From an uncultured Chloroflexia bacterium (GTDB taxonomy: Bacteria > Chloroflexota > Anaerolineae > Anaerolineales > UBA4823), in contig CAVZNX010000017.1 in the NCBI GenBank assembly GCA_963776795.1, positions 44,145 to 108,144 of the forward strand: DNA of 64,000 nucleotides, in the 5' to 3' direction. Below the pieces are notes generated by a model, which was not told where the DNA came from, made no database searches, and saw nothing but the letters and a program-made list of their open reading frames with translations. Within the stretch, counting starts at the first letter, position 1, and every line of letters begins with the position of its first letter. Positions 1-10,877 of this stretch are shown here, one piece after another. Both the position numbers and the translations under genes were made by a program.

Positions 1-3000
1 GGCAGGATAGACATTGGTAGATCATCCATCGGTTGAGGATCAAATCGGTAGCTGGCTCGGGGGTATTCACCTGCAATGTCCCAAGGAGGTGATCCCAGAA
101 CACCCTGGTGCGTTCCAAAGCGGCTCCCACGTAAGCCGAATCATGGTATTTCCTGACCAGCCCAAGGGTATGTTCCTTATCGCTCCCTTGCCCCAGTACA
201 AAGTAGATCTCTTCAACCCCGCCTGGAAGTAAATCAATGTGAAGCTGGAGGACAGCGCAAGGATCCTCTCCGGGTGAAAGACGTGTTTCCAACCCAATGC
301 GATGCAGCGCTATCGGGAAAAGCTGGTGATCCACCCCGTCCTAAAAACTCCGTCCGGTCGGCTGTCAGTCCGTGGACGGGTTTGTTGGCGAGGAGGAAGG
401 CAACTCGCTCACCAAATTCAGCATTGTAGGGGTTGGTAGCCAATAAGCAGTACTCGGCTGCATCGTATTCTGGAATGATATATGGCATTGAGGCGGCATG
501 GGTCATACCTAGCACCCATTCGATGTATTGGGTGGCTGTAATCCGGCGGTTGTGATTCCAGGTGTTTTCAACCCGCAAGTGGATAATTTTAACCGGGTCC
601 TCGGGGCTGGCGAAAAGTGTCAGGCGCTGGCGAAGACCGTGAGAATTATGCTCAAAGATGGTATAACCCGCCCCGTGTGTAACTCTATAGGGTTGGCCTG
701 CTCCAGCAGGGAGCGGTGTTGGGGTCCAAACGTCACCGGTTTCCTCATCTCGCAGATAGAGTGCCTCACCTGTAGGGTCGCGGACGGGGTCGTTCGACCA
801 GGGTGTAAGGCGGTTTTCTCCACTATTCCCCGCCCAGGTGCTCTGGCTGCCTGATTCGCTGACCATAAAACCGAAATTTGGATAACCGATTACATTTACC
901 CACGGGGCAGGAGTAGGCTTGCCGGGGGATAACTCAATGATATATTCGCGTCCATGCTTACTAAACCCGCCGTATCCGTTAAAAAACTGTAATGGTTCAG
1001 TGGGACGTAGGGGATCCTCTTCGGTTTGAATGGCAATATTTTCGGTAGATCTGGTTGGAATAAATTCGGGTAGATGATGAACCCTGATTGGGTAGGGTGG
1101 CATCTGATCATCCAGGGATCCATGATCTCCCCTAAAAATGAAGCGCCCGGCGGTGTGCAACAAGGTACGCTCCTCAGAATTGATCTGGTCGGCATAAAGT
1201 ATAAAGATACCCCCCCGGTTATTCAACCACTGCTCACCGTTCAGACGGCTGACCATGCGATAGAGCATCCCGTTTAACTCGGCCCCGTAATCGGTCTGTT
1301 GTAGGTTGAGTATGACGACATCCACCAAAAAGCGGCGGCTATGTAAGAACTCATGCACCTGTAAGACCTCACGGACCAAATCGATCTGTTTTGGATCCTC
1401 AATTTCTACAAGTAATACGGGAAAATCACCTGAAATGCCAAAGCGCCATAACCCGAACTGACCGAGTCGGTTTGAAGAGATCGTTTCCGGTGATGCTCGC
1501 ACCGCTTTGAACGGATATAGCAGTGCCGAAAGAACCTGCAAGGTATCTTTGAACGCTCGAGAGTCATAATTTTGCTTCCCCAACCAGGCTTGGGCAGCTA
1601 TGTTAGCTTGATGGAATGACCGCTCGATCAGAGACCAGCTGGAATATCGCTGGGCTAAGGTCAGGATCGCTTCCCGGCTATCTCCAGCCAAGTTCAGGTA
1701 CGCCAATTCTATACTTTCGTGCGGGTTAATTTGGAATTCATGTCCAAGTGCAAAAATCGGGTCAAGTGTGGCTCCGGTTGTTCCGGTGAGGTACTGTTCA
1801 GAAAGTAGCGCAACCGGGTTGAGGAGTGTGTGACCTCGACCGATGAAGCGATTGCGGTCTGCTTCATGCCGTACCACAGGCTGGTTATCATGGAATTCTC
1901 CTTTGCGGTCGACTACCAGCATGTGCCCCAGGAAGACAGGCTTTTCCTCGCTGGACCTGCTACGCCGGGTGAAAATTTGTAAATTTAGCTCAGGTACAAA
2001 TTCACTCTCAATAAATAGCTTGTTGAAAACTGGGTGGCGGCTATCTGCGGCTTGTTGGGTAAGGATCACTTCCCCATAGGAGGTCAAGCGCAGGTGGCGC
2101 AGCTGGTTACTTGCGTTGTGCAAATGGATGCGACGGATCTCAACCGGGTCATCAGGACAGACGGTGACCTCCATAGTCGAGGTAATATTATCCTCCGTGC
2201 GATGAAATACCGCCATATGAGCGAAGAAGGACACCTGCATATTTGCAGCATTCCCAGGGATGGGTTGGACCCCAGTTGACCAAAGCTTTCCAGCGGTTGC
2301 TTCCTCGCCTTGTGTAAGATTCAGATCCTGGATATAGATCCAGGTTCCCCACGGGTCGAGCACGCCATCGGCTTGCCAACGGGTCAGGTCAATATCTCGC
2401 CAGGTGCTGTACCCACTCCCCATATTGGAAATCAGCACACCATAATTACCATTTGAGAGGAGATTAACCTGCGGAATTGCGGTCTGAACCGGCACACTCC
2501 AGGGATCGATTTCAACTGGAGCTATCGTTATGCGTTGCAATCCTTTAATATCCTCAGCGTAGGGATTTTGGAGCGGAACTGCCAGTGGTATCTGCTCTTG
2601 TAAAAGTAGCTCGACACTCTGGATACGGGGGTCGCTGTGCATCCGGCGCACCATTACGTCCTTGAGAAAATAATTCGCCAAGGCCATCAAGATCATGCCC
2701 TGGTGATGGGCCATATACTCGTGCACGACTGTGGAAGTATCACCCACCGGTAACCGGTCGGCGGTGAAATCAATCGACTCATACATGCCGTACAATCCAA
2801 AGCAGTTATACCCCATCAGGTTGACCAGATTTTGGGCTACGGCATGGGGGTTGTAACTGATTGCCAGAAGTGAGGCATAAGGTGCAACGACCAGGTCGTC
2901 TCCCAACCCGCGTTTAAAGCCTAATCCTGGGACCCCAAAAGCGCGGTATTGGTAATTTTGATTGGCATCAAATAAGTAAAAGCCGGATTCAGAGATCCCC

Positions 3001-6000
3001 CATGGGACACCTTTTGTTTTTCCATATGTTATTTGATGGTGAACAGCTCCCTGAGCGCTCTCTGCTAACAATGTGCCAGGATAGGAGCGCAAGAAAAGCG
3101 GCGGCATGAGGTATTCAAACATGGTTGCGCTCCAAGAAAGAAGAACTGGCATTCCTTTTACCCTGGTTAACGGCCGGCTAAGCTGCAGCCAGTGGGACTG
3201 GGGCACCTCTCCCTTTGCTAGCGCGATGATGGATGCAATCCGTGCCTCTGAGGCTAGTAAATCATAGCAGTTATTGTCGAGCTGGCCAGTGTCTAGGTTA
3301 AAACCGTTGCGGAACACGCCTCTCTCTGGGTGATAAAGGAAACGGAAATCCATCTCTTCAACAAACCGCTCCGCTCGGCTTTCACTTTGAGAATACAAGT
3401 CCATCAAAAAACCAGCATTAGCTACAGCCTGAGCTAAAGCCTGGTCCATTGCATCCAACCATTCCATTGCTTTGCGTTCTTCACCAATATCAGGATTGGG
3501 AACTGGTTGATCTTTTCTGATCAGATTGCGTAATTCGGCGGTGCTGGTTAGGCCAGCAGTGGCGTAGGTCTGGATCTGACCGAGATGCGGGTTATAAGGT
3601 AATGTGGCTCTCAATCTGCTCAACCCTTGTTCAAATTGAGCGTCATGGAATAGTATGGGGACTTTTTCAAGCAAGTGAATCCAGGGCACCAATTCGGTAA
3701 GCGTTCGCTGAATGCCCTGGTGATGGCGTTCAACCTGGGCTGCGACTTCTTGCAATTTACGGAGCGCTTCCAAATCAAACGCAAGACGTCCGACCTTTAT
3801 GAGTTCAATCAAGCGTTTCGAGAGATCCGGCCAAAATAATCCATTGACAGTCTGAAAAAGTGCATACCACTGGTTTGGATCTGTCCGTACTGTCAGGATT
3901 TTATTTTTCATCTCGGTAATTCGGCGGTTGATCTCTTCTACCTGATGGTCAAATTCAACTATGCGCATTCCCTTTAAGATCTCGGATAGATTTGAAAGTG
4001 TATCCATATATCCTTGCCAGAGGAACCAACGAAAAATGCGTTCCTTCGGCATTCTCAGGCAGGCCTGAGCAATTATGATCAGGCTGGCAGCCAGGTTGCC
4101 GCTGTCCACAGTAGAAACGTAGCGAGGGTTGAGCGGCTGCAAGGTAAGTGTGTCATACCAATTTAAAAAATGGCCGCGGAATCGTTCCAGCTGGTCTAGC
4201 GTATCCATCGTCATGGAAAGGCGTGTTGCCAGTCCTAGCTGATCCAGATATCCAAGATCATAAGCAGCCAACGTTGAAGTGAACAGTAAGCCAATATTAG
4301 AGGGTGAAGTATGATGTGCGATTACCCCAACAGGTGTTTCCTGGAAGTGATCGGGCGGCAGCCAGTGATCTTCCGGGCCAACAAAGTGCTCAAAGAAACC
4401 CCAGGTACGCCGGGCAACCTGACGAAAGAGGCCTGCATGTTCTTCGCTCAAAGGAATCGCACGCTTTACAATGGGTAGGCTGATCCATTGGTCGATGACA
4501 GGCGAAAATATCCAAAGCAGCAACATAGGTGTGGCAATGATCAAGGCTGGGGCTATCCCGCTATGCCCGGTAATTAAATATACAAGCTGGATTCCAGTGG
4601 TCAGCATCAGTGTGAATAAGGTCGATATGATCATTCTCAGCCAAACGGTATTCCGATAAACCTGCAAGCCAAAAAGATGGGCGGTTTGAGCGGCAGTGGT
4701 CCACTGTAACAAGTTGTGGTGACTGATCATAAGGCGATAGAGTGTAGTCAATATGGCATCCAGGGCGTTATAAGCCTCGTAGGGTAGGAAGACCACCGCA
4801 AACAGCCAGCGCAAGAGTGATGATTTTATAGGATGGAATACTGCGCCAATGTTTTCACCCCCCAGTGTTTGAAAAGCGCTCCTCGCCGCACTCGTAAGAA
4901 CAGGGACGCCCAGGGTAAGCAGGACAATTGAAATCCAAAGGCCTATCAGATCAGGCATGGAAAGCATTCCTAAAATGAATATAAACAGGAGAGCAGGAGC
5001 AAGCATTGAGCGAAGCAGGTTATCGATCAATTTCCAGCGATCAATTGAAGTGAGCTTAATTCCAAATTTCCGTGGATGAATCAACCACGGCAGGAGCTGC
5101 CAATCTCCACGGATCCAGCGTTGTTGGCGTTTTGCTTGGACATAATAATTCGATGGGTAATCCTCGATCATGGTGATATCAGTGACCAGACCAGCGCGTC
5201 CCATGATCCCCTCCAAAAGATCATGACTGAGAAGGCTGTTTTCTGGAATATGGCTTTCCACGCTACGCTCGAAAGCATCTATTTCATAAATACCTTTGCC
5301 AACGTAACTTCCCTCAGCAAACAAGTCCTGATAAGTGTCAGAGACCGCTCGTGTGTACAAATCCAGACCTGCATCCCCTGCAAAGATGCGGGTAAACCAC
5401 GAATAATTCGCACTTCGGGGATGGATCTCCATGCGAGGTTGCAGTACAGTGTAGCCGGAAAATACCCGCCCGGTTTTATCATCGAACTTGGCGTGGTTCA
5501 ATGGATGGGCCAGTGCGCCTACCAACCGTCTGGCTGCCCCGCGTGGCAGAATAGTATCTGCATCCAGGGTGATCACGAACCTGACAGATTGCAATTCAGC
5601 CCAATCCTGTGTTGTGCTGGTGATAGTAGAAAATGAGGTATCCTTACTGCCTCGCAGTAACCGGTTCAGTTCATGCAGTTTGCCACGTTTACGCTCCCAC
5701 CCCATCCACCTTCCTTCAGATTGATTCCATAACCGTTTACGATGAAATAAATAAAAATGCTGCGGACTTTCCACGTAGGCTTGCTCTATTAGGTCATCAT
5801 GCCCGAGATCCATGACCGCATCCAGCTGAACGGCACGGCTGTCAGCACTGAGGCTGCCATCCGGAACCGCGCGTCTATATTTTGCGTTCAAATTCTCAAT
5901 TGCGGCGACAGTATACCTGATCATTTCTTCGTCTTCAGGCATGGCTTCGTTGTCCGCATCACCAAAATCTGTTAGTAAAGCAAAAAGCAAGCCCTGCTCC

Positions 6001-7454
6001 TGGTTGCGCAGAAAATTCATTTCGAGCTGGCGGGTCAGGTTATTAATCTCCGAATGGCTGGTGATCAAAGCTGGGATAACTACCAGTGTCTTGTATGGTC
6101 CTGGAATCCCATCCATGAAGCTCATCTTTGGGAGGATACGCGGTTTTACTCTCAATGTGACCAACCAATTGACCAGGCTGCTGGATACCGTCAGGACGGG
6201 AATCAGTAATGAAATTGCGAGCACGAGTATCGTGATCCAGAGCAATGGAGTACCTGAGAGAAAAAACCCCGGCAGATTTATTACCCGCGAGATCACACCA
6301 AAGATAATCAGGCTAAGGAGAAAAATGCTTCCAAGGTACAAGACATTGGCATGTCGTGCTCCCCATCTTTTAAGCGCAGTTTTAATATCTGGATGATAAC
6401 CAATCCTATGCTCCAGCTTGAAGCGGTCTATCCCCAGCAAATAATCGCCGACATGGGGGAGCGGATCGTTGGGAGGACAATCATCCCTATTTGTTCCTGG
6501 ATCTGTTCCGGTGGATATTGGTTTTTCTACGTTGCTTTCACGGGCTAAGTCGAGGATGATTCTGGCAATCTCATTTTCTTCCTGACCACTTGCAAACGAG
6601 AGCGACTCAATTTCTTTTCGATACAGATCACGGGTTTTAAAGTCCATTGATGAGTAGATACCAGCTGGGTCTTTACGTAGCATAAGCTCCAGGTTGCTGG
6701 CTGCCTCAAAAAAATCGCTCCAATTTTGTTCGGAAATAGTTCGTAAGCTGAGGATGATATTAGCCACAACCCCACCAGCTAATGTATCGCCTGCAGAGGT
6801 ATGGTTTGCTGTAAAAGGATTACCAGCCCCAATAAGCTGTTGAGGGAAGACAGGCAAATCTGGAAAGGGCTGGGAATGAATGATCTTATCGAGTGCGTAT
6901 GCCAGGATTTCTATCAGGCTATAGCGCAGGAAAATCGGTAAAGCCCATAATTCGCCAATCGTCAGCGGTACATGTTCTTGAATCTGAATCAGGATGGTTT
7001 GCAGGTCGATCGTATTCAATAAATAATTTTGGAAGGAAAGCACGGCTCGCCCAATCGCATATATGCGTGGTAAGCCTTTCGATGGTCCTGTGGTCAATTT
7101 GGGCAACTGCTGATAATACCCTGGGGATAAATCTTCTCTAATTTGCAGGATAGCCTGCCGGATGATGTAGTAATTGTCCAGCACCCATTCTGCGGCCAGG
7201 GTTAGCGCTAACTCCCGATTCAATGCCTCCCGGAAATAGGAGTGTACCTTTTCCAACCAATCTTCATACACTTTTAGGTCGCGTCCGCCCAGAACGGTCT
7301 GCTTGCCGGTATACGCGGGAACACGGCTTATCTCCTGATAATTACTTACCAGAAAATTGACCAGCTCCTCTATTTGTTCAGTTTTAGATGAATATGAATT
7401 TTCCGAGACAGGAAAACCCTGTTCTCGGTTTTTATTATCTTGGTCATCCGGCAT
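1..7454 (-). CDS. giant cyclic beta-1,2-glucan synthase-like protein (TM regions + GT84-type glycosyltransferase + GH94 phosphorylase-like C-terminal part); reading frame broken near 300-330, 3' end beyond window
   Basis: ORF 234..7622; best start is ATG 7454 (MPDDQ.., 2 nt after the upstream stop). ITLDADT and QQRWIRGDW glycosyltransferase motifs, several TM runs, FLGRGG GH94-like segment. After the stop at 234 the +1 frame stays open to position 1 (ALHRIGLE..GEDPCAVLQLHIDLLPGG..NRWMIYQCLSC). Confidence 0.8.
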
Positions 7455-7456
7455 AC

Positions 7457-8485
7457 TTATCGTCTCCCGGATTTTTCTGCGGCAATCTCTGCAGCGGTTG
7501 GTCCCACTTGAGAACGCGGCACGTCTTGGATAACTAGAACAGGTTTGGTGCCATGTTCGATGTAATTGCGCGTAACAGTCCCATAAGGCCAGGCAACATT
7601 CCCAGAATAACCGTGCGCGCAAAGGATTACAATGTCGATATCTTCTTGCTCGACTAATTTTTGTATTGCCGAAGGCACATTGGTACTTTCAACTACACAG
7701 GTATCACAATTCACCGGTAAACGCTCTTTCATCTCATAAAGGTATCGGTCAACAGCCTGGTGGCTCAGGTACAACAATTTTTCTGTGAGCTGACTAATTT
7801 CGATCGGGTAGGGTTCTGGAATCGGCAGTTCGGGTGGCCTAAGCACGGCCGCTAAGAAGAGTGTTGATTTATCACTAGCGGCTCCTGGGGTGCTATCCTT
7901 GGGGCTTTCTCCTCGCGCTAACTCAATCCCGGCAGTAAGCGAACACTCAGCCCGTCGTGAGCAGTCGATCGGAATAAGAATTCGGCGGTAACGAAAATTG
8001 CCTACGTCACTAATGGGTTGGCTAAAAGCGCGCACAATCAATACCGGCAGATAAATAAGGTTAATCACTTTGTGGGTGACGCTGCTTATGTTCCAACGAC
8101 TAAGTCCACTCGTGCCATGCGTGCAGATAACCAGCAGGTCGATATTCTCGGTATGCGCAAAGTCAATGATGTTTTCCGCAGCTTTTCCTTCTCGGATCAC
8201 GTACTCAACCCGTCGCTTTATCGTATCTTCACCTTTTCGGTTTTTTTTAACAATATTTTTCTGAATTCTGCGCGCGATGCCTTGCATATATGCTTCCGCT
8301 TCAGCTTTACGGAGCTGCCAGCGTAATGGGTCAACCGCATTTGGCATTTCTTGATAGGAAGTTGGGTCAAGGACTTGTAGAAGGATTATGGTTGACCCAA
8401 AGATGCGAGCAAACAGCTCAGCATGAGAAATCGCTCCTTCAGCAAGCGGTGATCCATCCAATGGCACCAGGATTCGGGTAAACAT
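7457..8485 (-). CDS. universal stress protein, tandem Usp domains
   Basis: 342-aa ORF with two Usp-like halves (ILVPLDGSPLAE.. and ILIPIDCSRRAE..; HGTSGLSRW / HGYSG nucleotide-binding-like motifs). SD GGAAGGAG before ATG 8485. Confidence 0.85.
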   Translation of the reverse strand: MFTRILVPLDGSPLAEGAISHAELFARIFGSTIILLQVLDPTSYQEMPNAVDPLRWQLRKAEAEAYMQGIARRIQKNIVKKNRKGEDTIKRRVEYVIREGKAAENIIDFAHTENIDLLVICTHGTSGLSRWNISSVTHKVINLIYLPVLIVRAFSQPISDVGNFRYRRILIPIDCSRRAECSLTAGIELARGESPKDSTPGAASDKSTLFLAAVLRPPELPIPEPYPIEISQLTEKLLYLSHQAVDRYLYEMKERLPVNCDTCVVESTNVPSAIQKLVEQEDIDIVILCAHGYSGNVAWPYGTVTRNYIEHGTKPVLVIQDVPRSQVGPTAAEIAAEKSGRR

Positions 8486-8871
8486 GATGGTAACTCCTTC
8501 CTATTAAATAAACCAAAATGACGAACGTTATGGATCGATTGCTTCTCCAGGCAGCCTACCGATGAGCATCATCGAAAGCTCACTCACCACAGGTGATAGG
8601 TCTCAGCAGGTAATGAAAATCACGCAAGCAATACTTGTGACGGGGTTAGCTAAGCAAATCCAGAAATCTGTGATGAAACAGAGTGGTTCGGATAAGATTT
8701 TGGCAACATCGCCTTAGGCTCGATGGCTAAAGCACAAGAAAGCCTAAGGTTCCCCGTGCTGGCCGGCTATCCTCACCTGAAATGAGGAGATCAGAAAAAA
8801 CAGAATTAATCAAACCGTCCAGCCTTTATTGTATCAGCATTAGAACGGATAGTGCTGCGGTGAATAAAATT

Positions 8872-8905
8872 CCGACTTGGTGGCCTGGTTGGGAAACCAA
8901 GTCGG
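8872..8905 (-). terminator. hairpin, probable intrinsic terminator of the small ORF at 8947..9060
   Basis: Perfect 10-bp stem ccgacttggt/accaagtcgg. On the minus strand it is followed by AATTTTATT and lies about 40 nt after the stop at 8947. Confidence 0.45.
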
Positions 8906-8946
8906 TGTTCATTCTACCTAGAATGTGTGGGTGAGAAGCAGATCGG

Positions 8947-9060
8947 CTATTTCTGAATCGGACCGGTCTTGCCTGCTTCTTGTTTCTGCCGCCGTATGTG
9001 CGTACGCTGCCCTTTGGAGAGTCTTTTCTTCTTACTTATTTTTTTCGTTTTGTCTACCAT
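8947..9060 (-). CDS. 37-aa highly basic small protein (below the ORF-track cutoff)
   Basis: ATG 9060 with AAGGAG 8 nt upstream. Translation MVDKTKKISKKKRLSKGQRTHIRRQKQEAGKTGPIQK, stop TAG at 8947-8949, hairpin downstream. Confidence 0.4.
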   Translation of the reverse strand: MVDKTKKISKKKRLSKGQRTHIRRQKQEAGKTGPIQK

Positions 9061-9302
9061 CGGTATAACTCCTTTTAATTTGATTATGATGCACTCCCTG
9101 GCGTTGGCTCACTGACCATGACCGCCAGAACATGCCGCTGGATACGAATTTGCAGCGGTCCTTCTCCCAACGCCAGACCATCCGCCATGACCGGCATGGC
9201 TGGGTTGGTGTCGATATCGACGCTATGCACGTGGTAGTGTTGGATGCGGTCGTCTTCCGACCCAACCCCAGCTCGGGCGTTTTGGATTTCTTGTACTCAA
9301 CT

Positions 9303-9572
9303 CTATTCTTTACCCCAATATTCATCAGCCTCTTTTTCCATTTTTGCCAGGCGCGTGTAATAATCGGGAAATTCATTGAGGTGGGCTGAGGCAATCTTGC
9401 CAGTGAGAAGAAGGTCATCATTGGTTACATTCGTTTTTGGATCTCTCGTTCCATGCTCAAGCTCCACTTCGAGCCCCATCTGAAATTGCTCGACATTAAA
9501 CTTCTTCCAATCTATGCCCAAAGAGTCACCAATTTGCTTGGCATTATCGTAACTAATCCGTTTTTCTTTCAT
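9303..9572 (-). CDS. DUF5661-like small protein
   Basis: 89-aa ORF with GGAGG SD. Motif ELEHG..TNVTNDD..GKIA.AHL.EFPDYYTRL.KMEKE matches my memory of DUF5661. Confidence 0.65.
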   Translation of the reverse strand: MKEKRISYDNAKQIGDSLGIDWKKFNVEQFQMGLEVELEHGTRDPKTNVTNDDLLLTGKIASAHLNEFPDYYTRLAKMEKEADEYWGKE

Positions 9573-9652
9573 ATATCAATCCTCCGTTTTATATCTCAAT
9601 CAAAATATTAAATAATACCTTTCTACGATTTTGTTGATTGGCGTCAAGATTA

Positions 9653-10877
9653 TTAATCGGCTATGTTTGTGCTGATACTTCCAGGTGTTGTCGTTTCGGC
9701 TAGTAAGCCAGCTTGCAGAATTGGTTCAGCTTTCTCGATTAGGTGGGTGAGGCGCTCCATGCTGCTGGTCACTAATGGCAAGGGAGGTTCATCCATCTCC
9801 TTAATTTCAGCCCACACCATTGCTTGCCGCTCCTTGAGGTCTGATACCTGAGCTGCGGCCCCTGATACAGCACGGCGGCTGACCAGGCGTCTCCAAAGGA
9901 TTTGGCAAACAACAGATAAAAGTGGTGCTAGGATGATGCCGATAAGTCCAAAAGCGGTTGCCAGAAAAATGAGCAGAACAACTGTAAGAATGGGATTATC
10001 CCATCTGCGGTTGAAAAGCCGTGGCTTGACCCATATTCCCAAGACAATCAAAATAACGACGGCGTAAAGAGTTGTTAATCAGGCTAAGCTGAACACTGGT
10101 GAGCAGCCCCACTAAAAACACTGGGATGATCACCAAGACTGTTCCAACCACGGGTATCAGGCATGCCAGAGCGCCAGCCAGCCCCAAGAGTGCAGGGTAA
10201 GGAGATCCGAGCGCCCAGTAACCCAGACCTAATAGCAGGCCGGCCAGGAGACTTTGGATTAACTGCCCGCGTGTGTAAGATCCGATTTCAGGCTCGACTG
10301 TCCGCCAAATGCCACGTGCTTGTTTACGCTGACCAGATGGAAGGAGCGAGAGCCAAAGTCGCTCAAAATGAATTTGATTGATGCTCCAATAGAGGCTCAG
10401 GAACAGGATCACGATCGCAGCACTGACGATGCTGCCAATGCCCTGCGTGAATCCGAGTATAGCTGGCAGTATGAGCTGCCCCTGGCTGCCGGTAACTGCT
10501 TCGAAGAGCCTACTCGGCGGTGGCAGTCTTGATAAAAGAACCTGTTGGAATGAGCTGCCCTGCAGCCATAATGGTAGCACCCACTTATCCTGCACCGCCA
10601 CAGAATGAGCCAGCTGTTGAATTTCGTGTATCGCAGTATTGCCGATGACGATCAGGAAGAAGACGAAACTCCCCACCACCACCAGGTACAGTAATATCCA
10701 AGCCACCCGCACCGCAAGACTTCGTCCGAGCAATCGGCTAAACAAAGGACGTATGGTTGCAGCGAGTGTTAGTGATATCAGAACATAAACAACGGCAATC
10801 CGGAGCTGCCATAGTACCACCAGCGCAGTTAATGTGGTCATAACCGCCAAGGCGTACAAAATCAGTCGCTTTGTCAT
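9653..10877 (-). CDS. AI-2E family (PerM-like) transporter, split by an apparent 1-nt insertion near 10070-10080
   Basis: ORFs 9996..10877 and 9653..10051 are consecutive parts of one AI-2E protein. The TM helix ..LLTSVQLSLI continues as TTLYAVVILIVLGIWVKPRLF.. in the +1 frame. ATGA overlap with the upstream paralogue. Confidence 0.75.

Noticed and set aside
14-297. ORFs 14..232 (+) and 67..297 (-)
   Set aside because: Both overlap the region where the third minus-strand frame gives an unmistakable GH94-like continuation of the glucan synthase. They are shadow or wrong-frame ORFs.
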